DNA of 64,000 nucleotides from Desulfomonilia bacterium (GTDB lineage Bacteria > Desulfobacterota > Desulfomonilia > UBA1062): the NCBI GenBank assembly GCA_050014195.1, contig JBEKDT010000006.1:154645-218644 (forward strand). The letters are read 5' to 3'. Shown piece by piece: positions 8,871 through 17,625 of this stretch (positions are counted from its first letter, which is position 1; each line of letters starts with the position of its first letter). The notes under the pieces were generated by a model, which worked only from the letters and a program-made list of their open reading frames with translations, ran no database searches and was not told the DNA's origin. The position numbers and the translations under genes are program-made.

Positions 8871-11438
8871 TCATGGTGTAAGGACCAGCACCTCACGGTA
8901 CTGGTCCTTTACAGCAGCTTCCTTGAAGGGGAATGGGATGTAGCTTCCTTTGAGCCAGGCTTTAATTCCGTCATCATAATGAGGGCTCGAAGGGTTGTCG
9001 GACTGGCCGGAGCTGTTTACCCCGAGCATGGGCTCTTCCAGGCTGAAATCCACAATGATGCGCATGGCAGGGATGATAAAGGTATCAAAATCCCTTCCCA
9101 TGAGATAATTTGATACGTTCAGGGTGAAGTCATCACCCGGGGCAGGATATGGTCCCCGGTTGAAGTATGACCAGAGGAGGCCCATGCCAGTCCTCTCGAT
9201 AAAGCCCATGCTCGGGCTCATTTTTGCCGCCTCAGTCTCCCATTCATAGGTATGGAGCGATCCCCACTGCCATTGCTTGGGGTCACTGCCCGACTTTGTC
9301 TGTAAGAATGTGACGGCATCAGCCAGGGATTTGGCGAGAATCTGTGCCTTTGTCTCTCTTTCCGGTGTCTTTACATCATCCCAGAAAGGGCTCTCATCTC
9401 CGCGAATCAGGATATGGTCGCAGGTGGCATTGTAACTCAGGTTATTGATGACCATGAAGGCTTTCCACGTCTTTGAACCTTCTGGGCCCAGCTCGTCGAG
9501 AAAGATATTTTTTGTTGCGCAGTGGAGCAGGGCACCCACAAGGGCTGCACCGTTGGATCCGGCCCGCATGTCCCCATCAAACCCCTGAAGCATCTCAAGG
9601 GCGAGATGGGCCTTCTTTCTCCTCCCTTCATCAGCCCACCCGTTGATCTCTCGATTGATCTCTTGGGCAAGGCTCCCTTTCAGGAGAACATTCTTGAGTT
9701 TTGGTACAAAGGGTGAATAGGTGTCGAGCTGCATTGCCATGCATGTCTCGGTGGTGTGCCTGTCCGTGGCAGTAGCCATCTGGGCGATGCGCTCGGCACG
9801 CTCGGGCCAGTACCATGAAGATGAGAGAACATAAGGATAATCTTTTGCTATGGTGCGGTTGTTGGCCGTGCCTATGAACCCTTCAGGTGGATTCTTGGCA
9901 TTCGGCAGTACCGAGGGGTCCAGGAGCCCTGTCCAGTCGTACTCGCCGGTCCAGCCAGGCGACGGCATGAGTCCTCGTCCCTTGGCGCGCACCGGATAGT
10001 TCCCGGTCACCTGCCATGCGATATTGTCCTTGTCGGCAAAGACCATGTTCAGTGCAATGGCCCTGATCCGTTTCATGAACGGCATTGCTTCGTCCACGGA
10101 TTTGGCAAAGCTCAGGCTGAAGAATGCATTTATGCTTTCGTCATCTTCCGTTGCGGATGCCCAGCTCAAGGCGATGCCATAGGGGAGATCCACGGAGGCC
10201 GGCTGGAACATCAGGGCAGGCTCCTTCTTAAGGGCATTGTTGAGAAGCATACCGTGCCTGGTTTCATGAACCGTTATGGAAACAGGGTCCTTGCCTTTGA
10301 TCTTGATGGTTTCCTGGTGCTCGGTGGTAGGAAGCCAATGTTCTTTGTACAGGTAATGGAGCTTGCCGTCTATGGTCTTAAGGCGCTCCAGGAAAATATC
10401 CTGGTTATCCGCCATGACCATGGTCATCCCCCAGGCGATATGGCCGTTGTACCCTGCAACCACGTAAGGGAGGCCGGCAATATTTACGCCGGCCACATCA
10501 TATTGGCCGCACCTTACGTGCATCATGTTCCAGAGCGACGGAATGCTCAGCAGGAGATGGGTGTCATTGCATAGTATGCTTGCACCGCCCTTTGTCCTGT
10601 TTTTGGCAATGCCCCAGTTATTGGATGCGGCAAATCCGGAGAGCCCGATGGAGCTCAGGAGGGGTTGAATGTCTGCAAGCTGTGATGAGGCAAGCGCAGC
10701 CTTGTTCAGGTCAACACCTTTCAGCTTGTCAGCCTCATGGAAGGGTATGGGCTCATCCGGGTAGATGGGCATGAGCCATGCGGTTTTTTCAGCACCGATG
10801 GCCTGGGCAATGTTCAGCGCGGAGATCTCCTCATAGAGGTTAAACGACAATGCAAGATTCACCAGGGCAAAGATCATGATGGAATCGATTGGCTTCCACT
10901 GCTCCGGACTGTATCCTGACAGCGAAAGTCCGGGAGGCAGCTTGTTTTTATGCGTGTCCTGGTAAGCGTTCACACCTCTGCAGTATTGTTCCATCAATGC
11001 CAGATTCTCAGCACTCATGTTTTTGAGCAGGTTGTTTGCAGTACGTCTGAGGTTCATGGTGCGCATGTATATGTCCAGATCGAGCGCAGACTTCCCAACC
11101 ATCTCGGCAAGCCTGCCTTGTGATGCAAGCTTGAGCCCCACCATCTGGGTAAGCCGGTCCGAGGCATGCACATAGCCGACGGCAAAAGCCATATCAGCGA
11201 AGGATTTCGCCTCAATGAATGGGATTCCAAAGGCGTCTCTCCTTACGGTTACCGGTTCTTTAAGCCCGGGCAGGCGTATAGTCCCTTGAGCCGGATCAAC
11301 CGTATCTTTGAAATGCCTGTTGACCATATTGGTACAGCCGCTGGTGAAAAGATGGAGGATTACAATAGTGCACACCGAATAATATATGAACCTGTGTCTG
11401 CCGTTAAGGAAACAGAGATTCATACGTGAGGCCTTCAT
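8871..11438 (-). CDS. Penicillin acylase family Ntn-hydrolase, QuiP-like N-acyl amide acylase, probable lipoprotein
   Basis: RRDAFGIPFI alpha-chain motif; ASNNW beta-chain nucleophile Ser; NDTHL; TANNR; GQSDNPSSPHYDD; lipobox-like TSGC. Confidence 0.88.
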   Translation of the reverse strand: MKASRMNLCFLNGRHRFIYYSVCTIVILHLFTSGCTNMVNRHFKDTVDPAQGTIRLPGLKEPVTVRRDAFGIPFIEAKSFADMAFAVGYVHASDRLTQMVGLKLASQGRLAEMVGKSALDLDIYMRTMNLRRTANNLLKNMSAENLALMEQYCRGVNAYQDTHKNKLPPGLSLSGYSPEQWKPIDSIMIFALVNLALSFNLYEEISALNIAQAIGAEKTAWLMPIYPDEPIPFHEADKLKGVDLNKAALASSQLADIQPLLSSIGLSGFAASNNWGIAKNRTKGGASILCNDTHLLLSIPSLWNMMHVRCGQYDVAGVNIAGLPYVVAGYNGHIAWGMTMVMADNQDIFLERLKTIDGKLHYLYKEHWLPTTEHQETIKIKGKDPVSITVHETRHGMLLNNALKKEPALMFQPASVDLPYGIALSWASATEDDESINAFFSLSFAKSVDEAMPFMKRIRAIALNMVFADKDNIAWQVTGNYPVRAKGRGLMPSPGWTGEYDWTGLLDPSVLPNAKNPPEGFIGTANNRTIAKDYPYVLSSSWYWPERAERIAQMATATDRHTTETCMAMQLDTYSPFVPKLKNVLLKGSLAQEINREINGWADEGRRKKAHLALEMLQGFDGDMRAGSNGAALVGALLHCATKNIFLDELGPEGSKTWKAFMVINNLSYNATCDHILIRGDESPFWDDVKTPERETKAQILAKSLADAVTFLQTKSGSDPKQWQWGSLHTYEWETEAAKMSPSMGFIERTGMGLLWSYFNRGPYPAPGDDFTLNVSNYLMGRDFDTFIIPAMRIIVDFSLEEPMLGVNSSGQSDNPSSPHYDDGIKAWLKGSYIPFPFKEAAVKDQYREVLVLTP

Positions 11439-11500
11439 AGATTCCTCCCCTCATTTTCGAGGATACAAGATGCATTTCGTCAAATAAGAATGATCTTGGT

Positions 11501-12283
11501 TTACCCGATGGTAATGTTTCCCTGCATATATTTGACTGCATGTCCGGAGATAATGACCCTCTCCCCGGCATCTTTGCAGAAGAGCTCCCCGCCGCGCTCC
11601 GATACCTGGTAGGCGTGCAGGTTTTTCTTTTTTAGTATTCCTGACCAGTAAGGAATAAGCGCACAGTGGGCGGATCCGGTTACCGGATCTTCGTCGATCC
11701 CAAGCCTTGGTGCGAAAAACCGCGAGACAAAATCCGAACAGATACCGGGTGCAGTAACAATAACCCCCCTAAGGTCCACCTTTTTAAGCAGGTCCATATT
11801 GGGCCTTAATGTACGGACATCCTCCTCATGAGCATATACTACAAAGTAATCTGCGCTCTTGAGCACCGCTATAGGTTTAACCCCAAGACCATGAATGAGT
11901 TCAGCAGGCCAAGCGCATTCAACCGGCGGCTGGGAAGGAAAGTCCATAGAGAGCATCTCTCCTGTACGCTCCACCCGTAATGGTCCGCTCTTTGACGTAA
12001 ACACAACCTTTGAGCTCTTTGGGGCAAGCTCGGTAAAGATGACAAAGGCGCTTGCCAGCGTTGCATGGCCGCAGAGGTCCACCTCTTCCACAGGTGTGAA
12101 CCATCGGATGGAAAAGTTCTCACCATCCCGGATGAAGAAGGCGGTCTCGGAGAGGTTATTCTCCCGGGCAATAAGCTGCATGGTTTTTTCGTCAAGCCAC
12201 TGATCGAGAGGGCACACTGCAGCAGGGTTGCCGGAAAAGACATTCGCCGTGAAGGCATCGACCTGGTAGATGGGAATATTCAT
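11501..12283 (-). CDS. PhzF family isomerase
   Basis: VDAFT...GNPAAV, NLSETAF, EVDLCGHATLA, EDPVTGSAH. Confidence 0.93.
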   Translation of the reverse strand: MNIPIYQVDAFTANVFSGNPAAVCPLDQWLDEKTMQLIARENNLSETAFFIRDGENFSIRWFTPVEEVDLCGHATLASAFVIFTELAPKSSKVVFTSKSGPLRVERTGEMLSMDFPSQPPVECAWPAELIHGLGVKPIAVLKSADYFVVYAHEEDVRTLRPNMDLLKKVDLRGVIVTAPGICSDFVSRFFAPRLGIDEDPVTGSAHCALIPYWSGILKKKNLHAYQVSERGGELFCKDAGERVIISGHAVKYMQGNITIG

Positions 12284-12658
12284 GGTCCCAAAGCCTCCTC
12301 ATAACATGGATCGTGAGAACACCTAAAAAAGTTCATAAGGCCATATCTTGAAAGAGTGGCCGTACGTACGCCTGCCAAGCAATAAAATTGTACACCCTCG
12401 GGTATGGGCACTGCAATGGCAATCTAAAGACGGCTCTGGGGCTTTTGGTTATGCACCAGGGTAAAAGGGTTTCATGACTTCATAGCCAAAAGGCTCATAG
12501 CCTCTTTTTTGTTTCATAAACGGAATTGGAATACATAAAAAGGATAAAAAAAGTTACACTTTTAAGTACTTCCATAGACTGTATCATATAACACTATGAT
12601 AATATTTAATAAAATAATGGCATGTCCTTTGCTGTATCTCTCATATCAGTATTCAGGC

Positions 12659-12979
12659 ATGAAAGAGGACATAAATCGGGCAAGAAAGGCGGCAAAAGAA
12701 GCTATGATTTTTGATCAAGGACATCTCAACAAGATTGAAGGCCAAAGACGCGAAAGTCCCGAAGTCGAGCGGCTCATTGCCCAGAGAAACAAGTTGCTCA
12801 GTGACCATCCCCATCTCAGAGAACTTCAAGAAGAAGTCGACGTCCTTCTGAGTACCACGATTGACCCTGTTATGAGGCTTGAAATCCTCTTTATGCTCAT
12901 GACGGACAGGCTCATGGAGTTGAGAGCGGTCTTTACCGAGCTCATGAAGCTTGCACGCACTGCCGTGGCAGAGGAGTAG
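12659..12979 (+). CDS. Hypothetical helical protein (~106 aa)
   Basis: Open frame with protein-like, helix-forming composition; start uncertain (12596 or 12659). Confidence 0.55.
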   Translation: MKEDINRARKAAKEAMIFDQGHLNKIEGQRRESPEVERLIAQRNKLLSDHPHLRELQEEVDVLLSTTIDPVMRLEILFMLMTDRLMELRAVFTELMKLARTAVAEE

Positions 12980-13286
12980 CATCCCTTTTAGGACATTGCC
13001 CTGCATTTGCTTAGAAAGAGCTCTCAATGCAATATCAGCCTGTCTGGAGGGCGAATCCTTTTGAAGCTTTTTCAATCAGACTCACTATTCAAGAGAACAT
13101 ATATCTTGATCCCTTAAGCGGCTTAAAAATAGAACAGGCACATGCGAAAAGCCTTGTTTGCCTTGGCCCCGATCTTACTACAGGTATATAACCCTATCTC
13201 AAACTAAGCCTTGGAAGATGGGCCCAAGTGCCCTAGATGTTGGTATATGAAGATGTACTGAATGGCAATCATACATCGGCAACACA

Positions 13287-14756
13287 ATGATCCGCTATAA
13301 TAGGGTAGCTATGAGAGACGGTACGGACATACAAAAGGAAGACTCCCTAGGCAATCATCCACATCTTGGGACCAACCCCATCACAGCCGGTAATACATGG
13401 AATGCCATCTGGCGCCTGACCTGGCCTATGCTGATTATCATGATCCTCAACTTCCTTGTAGGGTTCACCGACATCTATGTAGCCGGGCTCATCAGCAGCG
13501 ATGTACAGGCTGCAATCGGATATGTCTCGCAACTCTATTTTCTCTTCATTATCCTGGCCAATGCCATCAGCATCGGTACGGTGGCGCTGGTGTCAAGGGC
13601 CTTTGGCGCATTGGCCTTTGAGAAGGTTTCAGAGTATGCAAAGCAGTCACTGATCTTTGGCCTCGTGGTCTCGCTTATGCTCATGACCTTCGGCCTCCTC
13701 TTTTATGCACCCACGGTGAAGATTGCGGGCTTTCCGTCCCAGATACGCACCATGGCCGAGACATTCCTTGTAATATTCTCCTTTGCGCTGGGCGCGAACT
13801 ACCTCCTGATAATCAGCAGCGGGATCTTCCGGGCAAGCGGAGAGGTGATAAAACCCCTCATCATCATGTCCGTCTTTTGTGTTATCAACATCGTGCTTGA
13901 TTTTGCCCTCGTGTTCGGCCTTGGACCGTTTCCTGTCCTGGGTTATGTGGGGATCGGCATTGCTACGGCGACTGCAGCCACAGTGAGCATGGTGATAAGC
14001 CTCCTTTTTTTCTTTACCGGAAGATGGAGGGGACTCCTAAAGAAAGGTTGGAGGATACAGGCCCGAACGATCTTCCTGATTGCAAAGCTTGGCTGGCCGG
14101 CCGGACTGCTCCAGGTAGCATGGAATGCCGGAAGCATCATTCTCTACAACATACTATCCCGCCTCGGCAGTGAAAGCATCACGGCATTGGCCTCCATCAC
14201 CAATGGGCTGAGGATCGAGGCAATCATCTTCCTGCCTGCCTTTGCCATGAACATGGCCGCCTCAGTCCTTGTGGGCCAGAATCTCGGTGCCGGCAATACG
14301 AAAAGGGCCACCCGGCTCGGGTGGAAGATCGCTTTAACGGCCACGATCACCTTAAGCCTGCTGTCGTGTATCATCTTTGTAGGGGCTCGGTTTTTTGCCT
14401 CGCTTCTGGCCCGGGACCCTGCCGTGCTTGCAGAGACGGCCAGATACCTGAGAGTGAACATGTTCTCCGAACCGTTTATGGCCTTGAGCCTCGTACTTGG
14501 TGGTGCCCTCCAGGGGGCGGGGGACACCAAGGGCAATATGTGGGTCATCATCTTCTGCATGTGGATCATACGGCTGCCGCTGGCCTTTGCCCTGGCCATC
14601 CTTCTCGGCTTCGGCGCCCTGGGCGTATGGATAGCCATGGTCACCTCCATGGTATTCCAAGGTCTGCTCATGGCATACCGGTTCCATAGGGGGAAGTGGA
14701 GAATGGTGAGGATAGATGGATTAGTAACGAGTGAAAGGAAAGTGACTAGTGAATAG
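13287..14756 (+). CDS. MATE family efflux transporter
   Basis: About 12 TM segments; GFTDIYVAG, NIVLD..LVFG, LVGQNLGAG, GAGDT motifs; true start may be downstream. Confidence 0.92.
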   Translation: MIRYNRVAMRDGTDIQKEDSLGNHPHLGTNPITAGNTWNAIWRLTWPMLIIMILNFLVGFTDIYVAGLISSDVQAAIGYVSQLYFLFIILANAISIGTVALVSRAFGALAFEKVSEYAKQSLIFGLVVSLMLMTFGLLFYAPTVKIAGFPSQIRTMAETFLVIFSFALGANYLLIISSGIFRASGEVIKPLIIMSVFCVINIVLDFALVFGLGPFPVLGYVGIGIATATAATVSMVISLLFFFTGRWRGLLKKGWRIQARTIFLIAKLGWPAGLLQVAWNAGSIILYNILSRLGSESITALASITNGLRIEAIIFLPAFAMNMAASVLVGQNLGAGNTKRATRLGWKIALTATITLSLLSCIIFVGARFFASLLARDPAVLAETARYLRVNMFSEPFMALSLVLGGALQGAGDTKGNMWVIIFCMWIIRLPLAFALAILLGFGALGVWIAMVTSMVFQGLLMAYRFHRGKWRMVRIDGLVTSERKVTSE

Positions 14757-14776
14757 TGACTAGTGACTATAAGTGA
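14740..14776 (+). repeat. 7-bp tandem repeat (AGTGA(C/A)T) spanning the MATE stop codon
   Basis: agtgact agtgaat agtgact agtgact then degenerate copy. Confidence 0.7.
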
Positions 14777-14797
14777 ACTTGTCCTCGCCCTTCATTC

Positions 14798-14890
14798 TGT
14801 AGGAGTGACTTTAGCCGCGACATCCGGAATTGGGTCGCGCCTGAAGGCGCTCCTACATCTCGATAATATGTTGCATGCTGTAGGAGCGGG
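14798..14890. repeat. GTAG-family REP doublet plus a further REP start
   Basis: TGTAGGAGTGACTTTAGCCGCGAC (14798) paired with GTCGCGCCTGAAGGCGCTCCTACA (to 14857); TGTAGGAGCGGG at 14879. Confidence 0.75.
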
Positions 14891-15174
14891 TTGAGCTTTA
14901 GCGAAAAACAACATCGTGTTCTATCTCCTGCTTGCTTGTTTCCGACGATCTATCCGCACACTTCAATGAGATATTTGCACAAATCACTGATCCTTTGCAA
15001 TACTACCCGGCATATGGTTCATGTGTTTCTGGACACGCACACCCGGAGGGACTACAATTTGCTTCCATGCCGCCATGAAACGCTACATACAGGTATGATT
15101 TAACGAGCATGGCTCAAGGCTTAATGCCTGTACTATGTTACTCTGGAAGGCATTGTCCGTTTGCAGGAGGATTC

Positions 15175-16503
15175 ATGGCTGAGAAGGTCATTATCATGGG
15201 TGCGGCAGGAAGGGATTTCCACAACTTTAATATCTACTTCAAGGACAATTCACGCTATCATGTAGTGGCATTCACTGCGGCACAGATACCAGATATCGAG
15301 CAGAGGTCATACCCTGCCCGGCTTGCAGGAGGCCTCTATCCGGAAGGCATCCCCATCTATCCCGAGGCCATGCTGGCAAATCTTATCACTGATAATCAGG
15401 TAGACTTGGTGGCCTTCTCCTACAGCGATGTCCCGCATGTGGAGCTCATGCACAAGGCATCCATCGCAATGGCCCACGGTGCCGATTTTATCATGATCGC
15501 CGCATCCTACACCATGCTCAAGGCCGACAAACCCGTAGTGGCCGTGTGCGCAGTCCGTACCGGCTGCGGCAAGTCGCAAACCACCCGCAAGGTGTGCACT
15601 ATCTTGCGGGGGCTCGGCAAGAAAGTCGTGGTGGTCCGCCATCCCATGCCGTATGGCGATCTCGTGGCCCAGGAGGTGCAGCGCTTCTCCACCTATGAAG
15701 ATTTCGAGCACCATAAATGTACGATCGAGGAGCGAGAGGAATATGAGCCCATCGTGGACCAGGGCATAGTGGTGTATGCCGGCGTTGATTACGGCAAGAT
15801 CCTTGAGGCGGCCCAGCAAGAGGCGGACATCATTGTCTGGGATGGCGGCAACAACGACACACCATTCTACAGGCCCGATGTGCACATCGTGCTCTTTGAC
15901 CCGCACCGTGCCGGTCATGAACTGCTCTACTATCCGGGCGAGACCAACATGCGTATGGCCCAAATTGCAATCATCAACAAGGTGGACAGTGCAGAGCCCT
16001 CTCAGGTAGAGTTGGTAAGGGCCAACATTGTTTCGTTCAATCCCTCAGCCAAAATCGTTCTTGCCTCTTCACCCGTTATTGTGAGCGAGCCCGAACGGGT
16101 CAAGGGTAAACGGGTCCTGGTGGTGGAAGATGGACCAACCCTTACCCACGGCGAGATGGCCTTCGGAGCCGGCTTAATTGCGGCGCATACGTTCAAGGCC
16201 TCTGAGATAATAGATCCCCGGCCCTCTGCTGCAGGTTCCATCAGGGATACATACCGGGTCTATCCCCATATCGGCCCGGTATTGCCCGCCATGGGCTATA
16301 GCGCAGACCAGATCGCAGACCTCGAGCAGACGATCAATGCCTCTGATTGCGATCTTGTGCTCTTTGCCACCCCCATCCAGCTCACCAGGATCGTATCCAT
16401 CAACAAGCCCGCCATCCGCGTGCGTTATGAATATGAAAACTATGGGGAGCCTACGTTAGAGGATGTCCTTCTGCGTGAACTTAAAGACATGGGGCTGATC
16501 TAG
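15175..16503 (+). CDS. arcE: ArcE-like arginine synthetase (P-loop protein of the cDPG-synthase/GTPase-annotated family)
   Basis: GAAGRDFHNFN, P-loop AVRTGCGKSQT, RHPMPYG, TIEEREEYEP, WDGGNND, EDGPTLTHG; AGGAGG RBS; stop overlaps carbamate kinase start. Confidence 0.72.
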   Translation: MAEKVIIMGAAGRDFHNFNIYFKDNSRYHVVAFTAAQIPDIEQRSYPARLAGGLYPEGIPIYPEAMLANLITDNQVDLVAFSYSDVPHVELMHKASIAMAHGADFIMIAASYTMLKADKPVVAVCAVRTGCGKSQTTRKVCTILRGLGKKVVVVRHPMPYGDLVAQEVQRFSTYEDFEHHKCTIEEREEYEPIVDQGIVVYAGVDYGKILEAAQQEADIIVWDGGNNDTPFYRPDVHIVLFDPHRAGHELLYYPGETNMRMAQIAIINKVDSAEPSQVELVRANIVSFNPSAKIVLASSPVIVSEPERVKGKRVLVVEDGPTLTHGEMAFGAGLIAAHTFKASEIIDPRPSAAGSIRDTYRVYPHIGPVLPAMGYSADQIADLEQTINASDCDLVLFATPIQLTRIVSINKPAIRVRYEYENYGEPTLEDVLLRELKDMGLI

Positions 16504-17438
16504 TGCAAAGCTCAAAGCCCATTCTGCTCGTTGCATTAGGCGGCAACGCCCTGATAAGGAAAGGCCAGCAAGGCACCATCGAGGAACAATTTGATAACCT
16601 CAGGGTGCCGATAAGCCAGATAGCCAGGCTCACGCGCGATTACCGCATCATCATCACCCATGGGAACGGACCGCAGGTGGGCAATCTCCTGCTCCAGCAG
16701 GAATGCTGCAATGATGTGCCCAAGATGCCCCTGGAGATCCTGGTGGCACAGACCCAGGGCGCCATAGGATATATGATAGAGTCCACCCTTGACAGCGAGC
16801 TCATGCGCCAGGCGATTGCCGCCAGCAAGCCCCTGGTAAGCCTCATCAGCTATGTGGTGGTGGATGAGAACAGCCAGGCCTTCAGAGACCCCAGCAAGCC
16901 CATAGGTCCGGCCTTCACCGAGGATAAGGCCGGGACATTACCCTATCGTGTTAAAAAGACGGAGAAGGGGTTCCGCAGGGTTGTGGCATCTCCCGAGCCT
17001 CTCACCATTGTGGAGAAGAACGAGATCATGAAACTCATTGCGATGGATTTCGTGGTTATATGCTGTGGTGGGGGAGGGATACCGGTAGTCCGTGAGGGCA
17101 GGTCATTCGCCGGTGTGGACGCGGTCATCGACAAGGATCTCGCAAGTGCCAAGCTGGCCGTTGAAGTAGGCGTGGATACATTCATCATTGCTACCGATGT
17201 CCCCGGCGTTGCCATCAACTATGGAAGAGAAGACCAGCATTTTTTAAAGACCATGACTACGACCCAGGCCGGTCGCTATAGGGAAGAAGGTCAATTCTCA
17301 GAAGGCTCCATGCTGCCCAAGATCCAGGCTGCAACTGCTTTTATTCATTCCGGGGGCAGAAGGGCCGTCATTACTGCAATCGAAGCAATTGAAGATGCAG
17401 TGGCAGGCCGGGCCGGCACCGAGATCACGAGGGGATAG
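16503..17438 (+). CDS. arcC: Carbamate kinase
   Basis: ALGGNAL, THGNGPQVG, RRVVASPEP, GGGGIPV, AVIDKD, GSMLPK. Confidence 0.95.
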   Translation: MQSSKPILLVALGGNALIRKGQQGTIEEQFDNLRVPISQIARLTRDYRIIITHGNGPQVGNLLLQQECCNDVPKMPLEILVAQTQGAIGYMIESTLDSELMRQAIAASKPLVSLISYVVVDENSQAFRDPSKPIGPAFTEDKAGTLPYRVKKTEKGFRRVVASPEPLTIVEKNEIMKLIAMDFVVICCGGGGIPVVREGRSFAGVDAVIDKDLASAKLAVEVGVDTFIIATDVPGVAINYGREDQHFLKTMTTTQAGRYREEGQFSEGSMLPKIQAATAFIHSGGRRAVITAIEAIEDAVAGRAGTEITRG

Positions 17439-17625
17439 CCCTAACTCTCTTCGCGGGGATCCGATAGTATTTTAGGAAATAAAAGTAGTTGTCTCGATCC
17501 ATACATATCACATGAAGAATGGTATCCTGACTGAAGAGATCTCATGACGTAATATTCATAATTTCAGATGGGAAGGAAGCGGATATTTATCGCAGAGATC
17601 TATGCTTTTACTTCATAAAGAAATC

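Noticed and set aside
5339-11438. Quorum-sensing island (AI-2E transporter plus AHL acylase)
   Set aside because: AI-2E is a broad family name; no luxI/luxR/luxS present.
15175-16503. Cyclic 2,3-diphosphoglycerate synthetase
   Set aside because: No 2-phosphoglycerate kinase neighbour; coupling to carbamate kinase favours ArcE.
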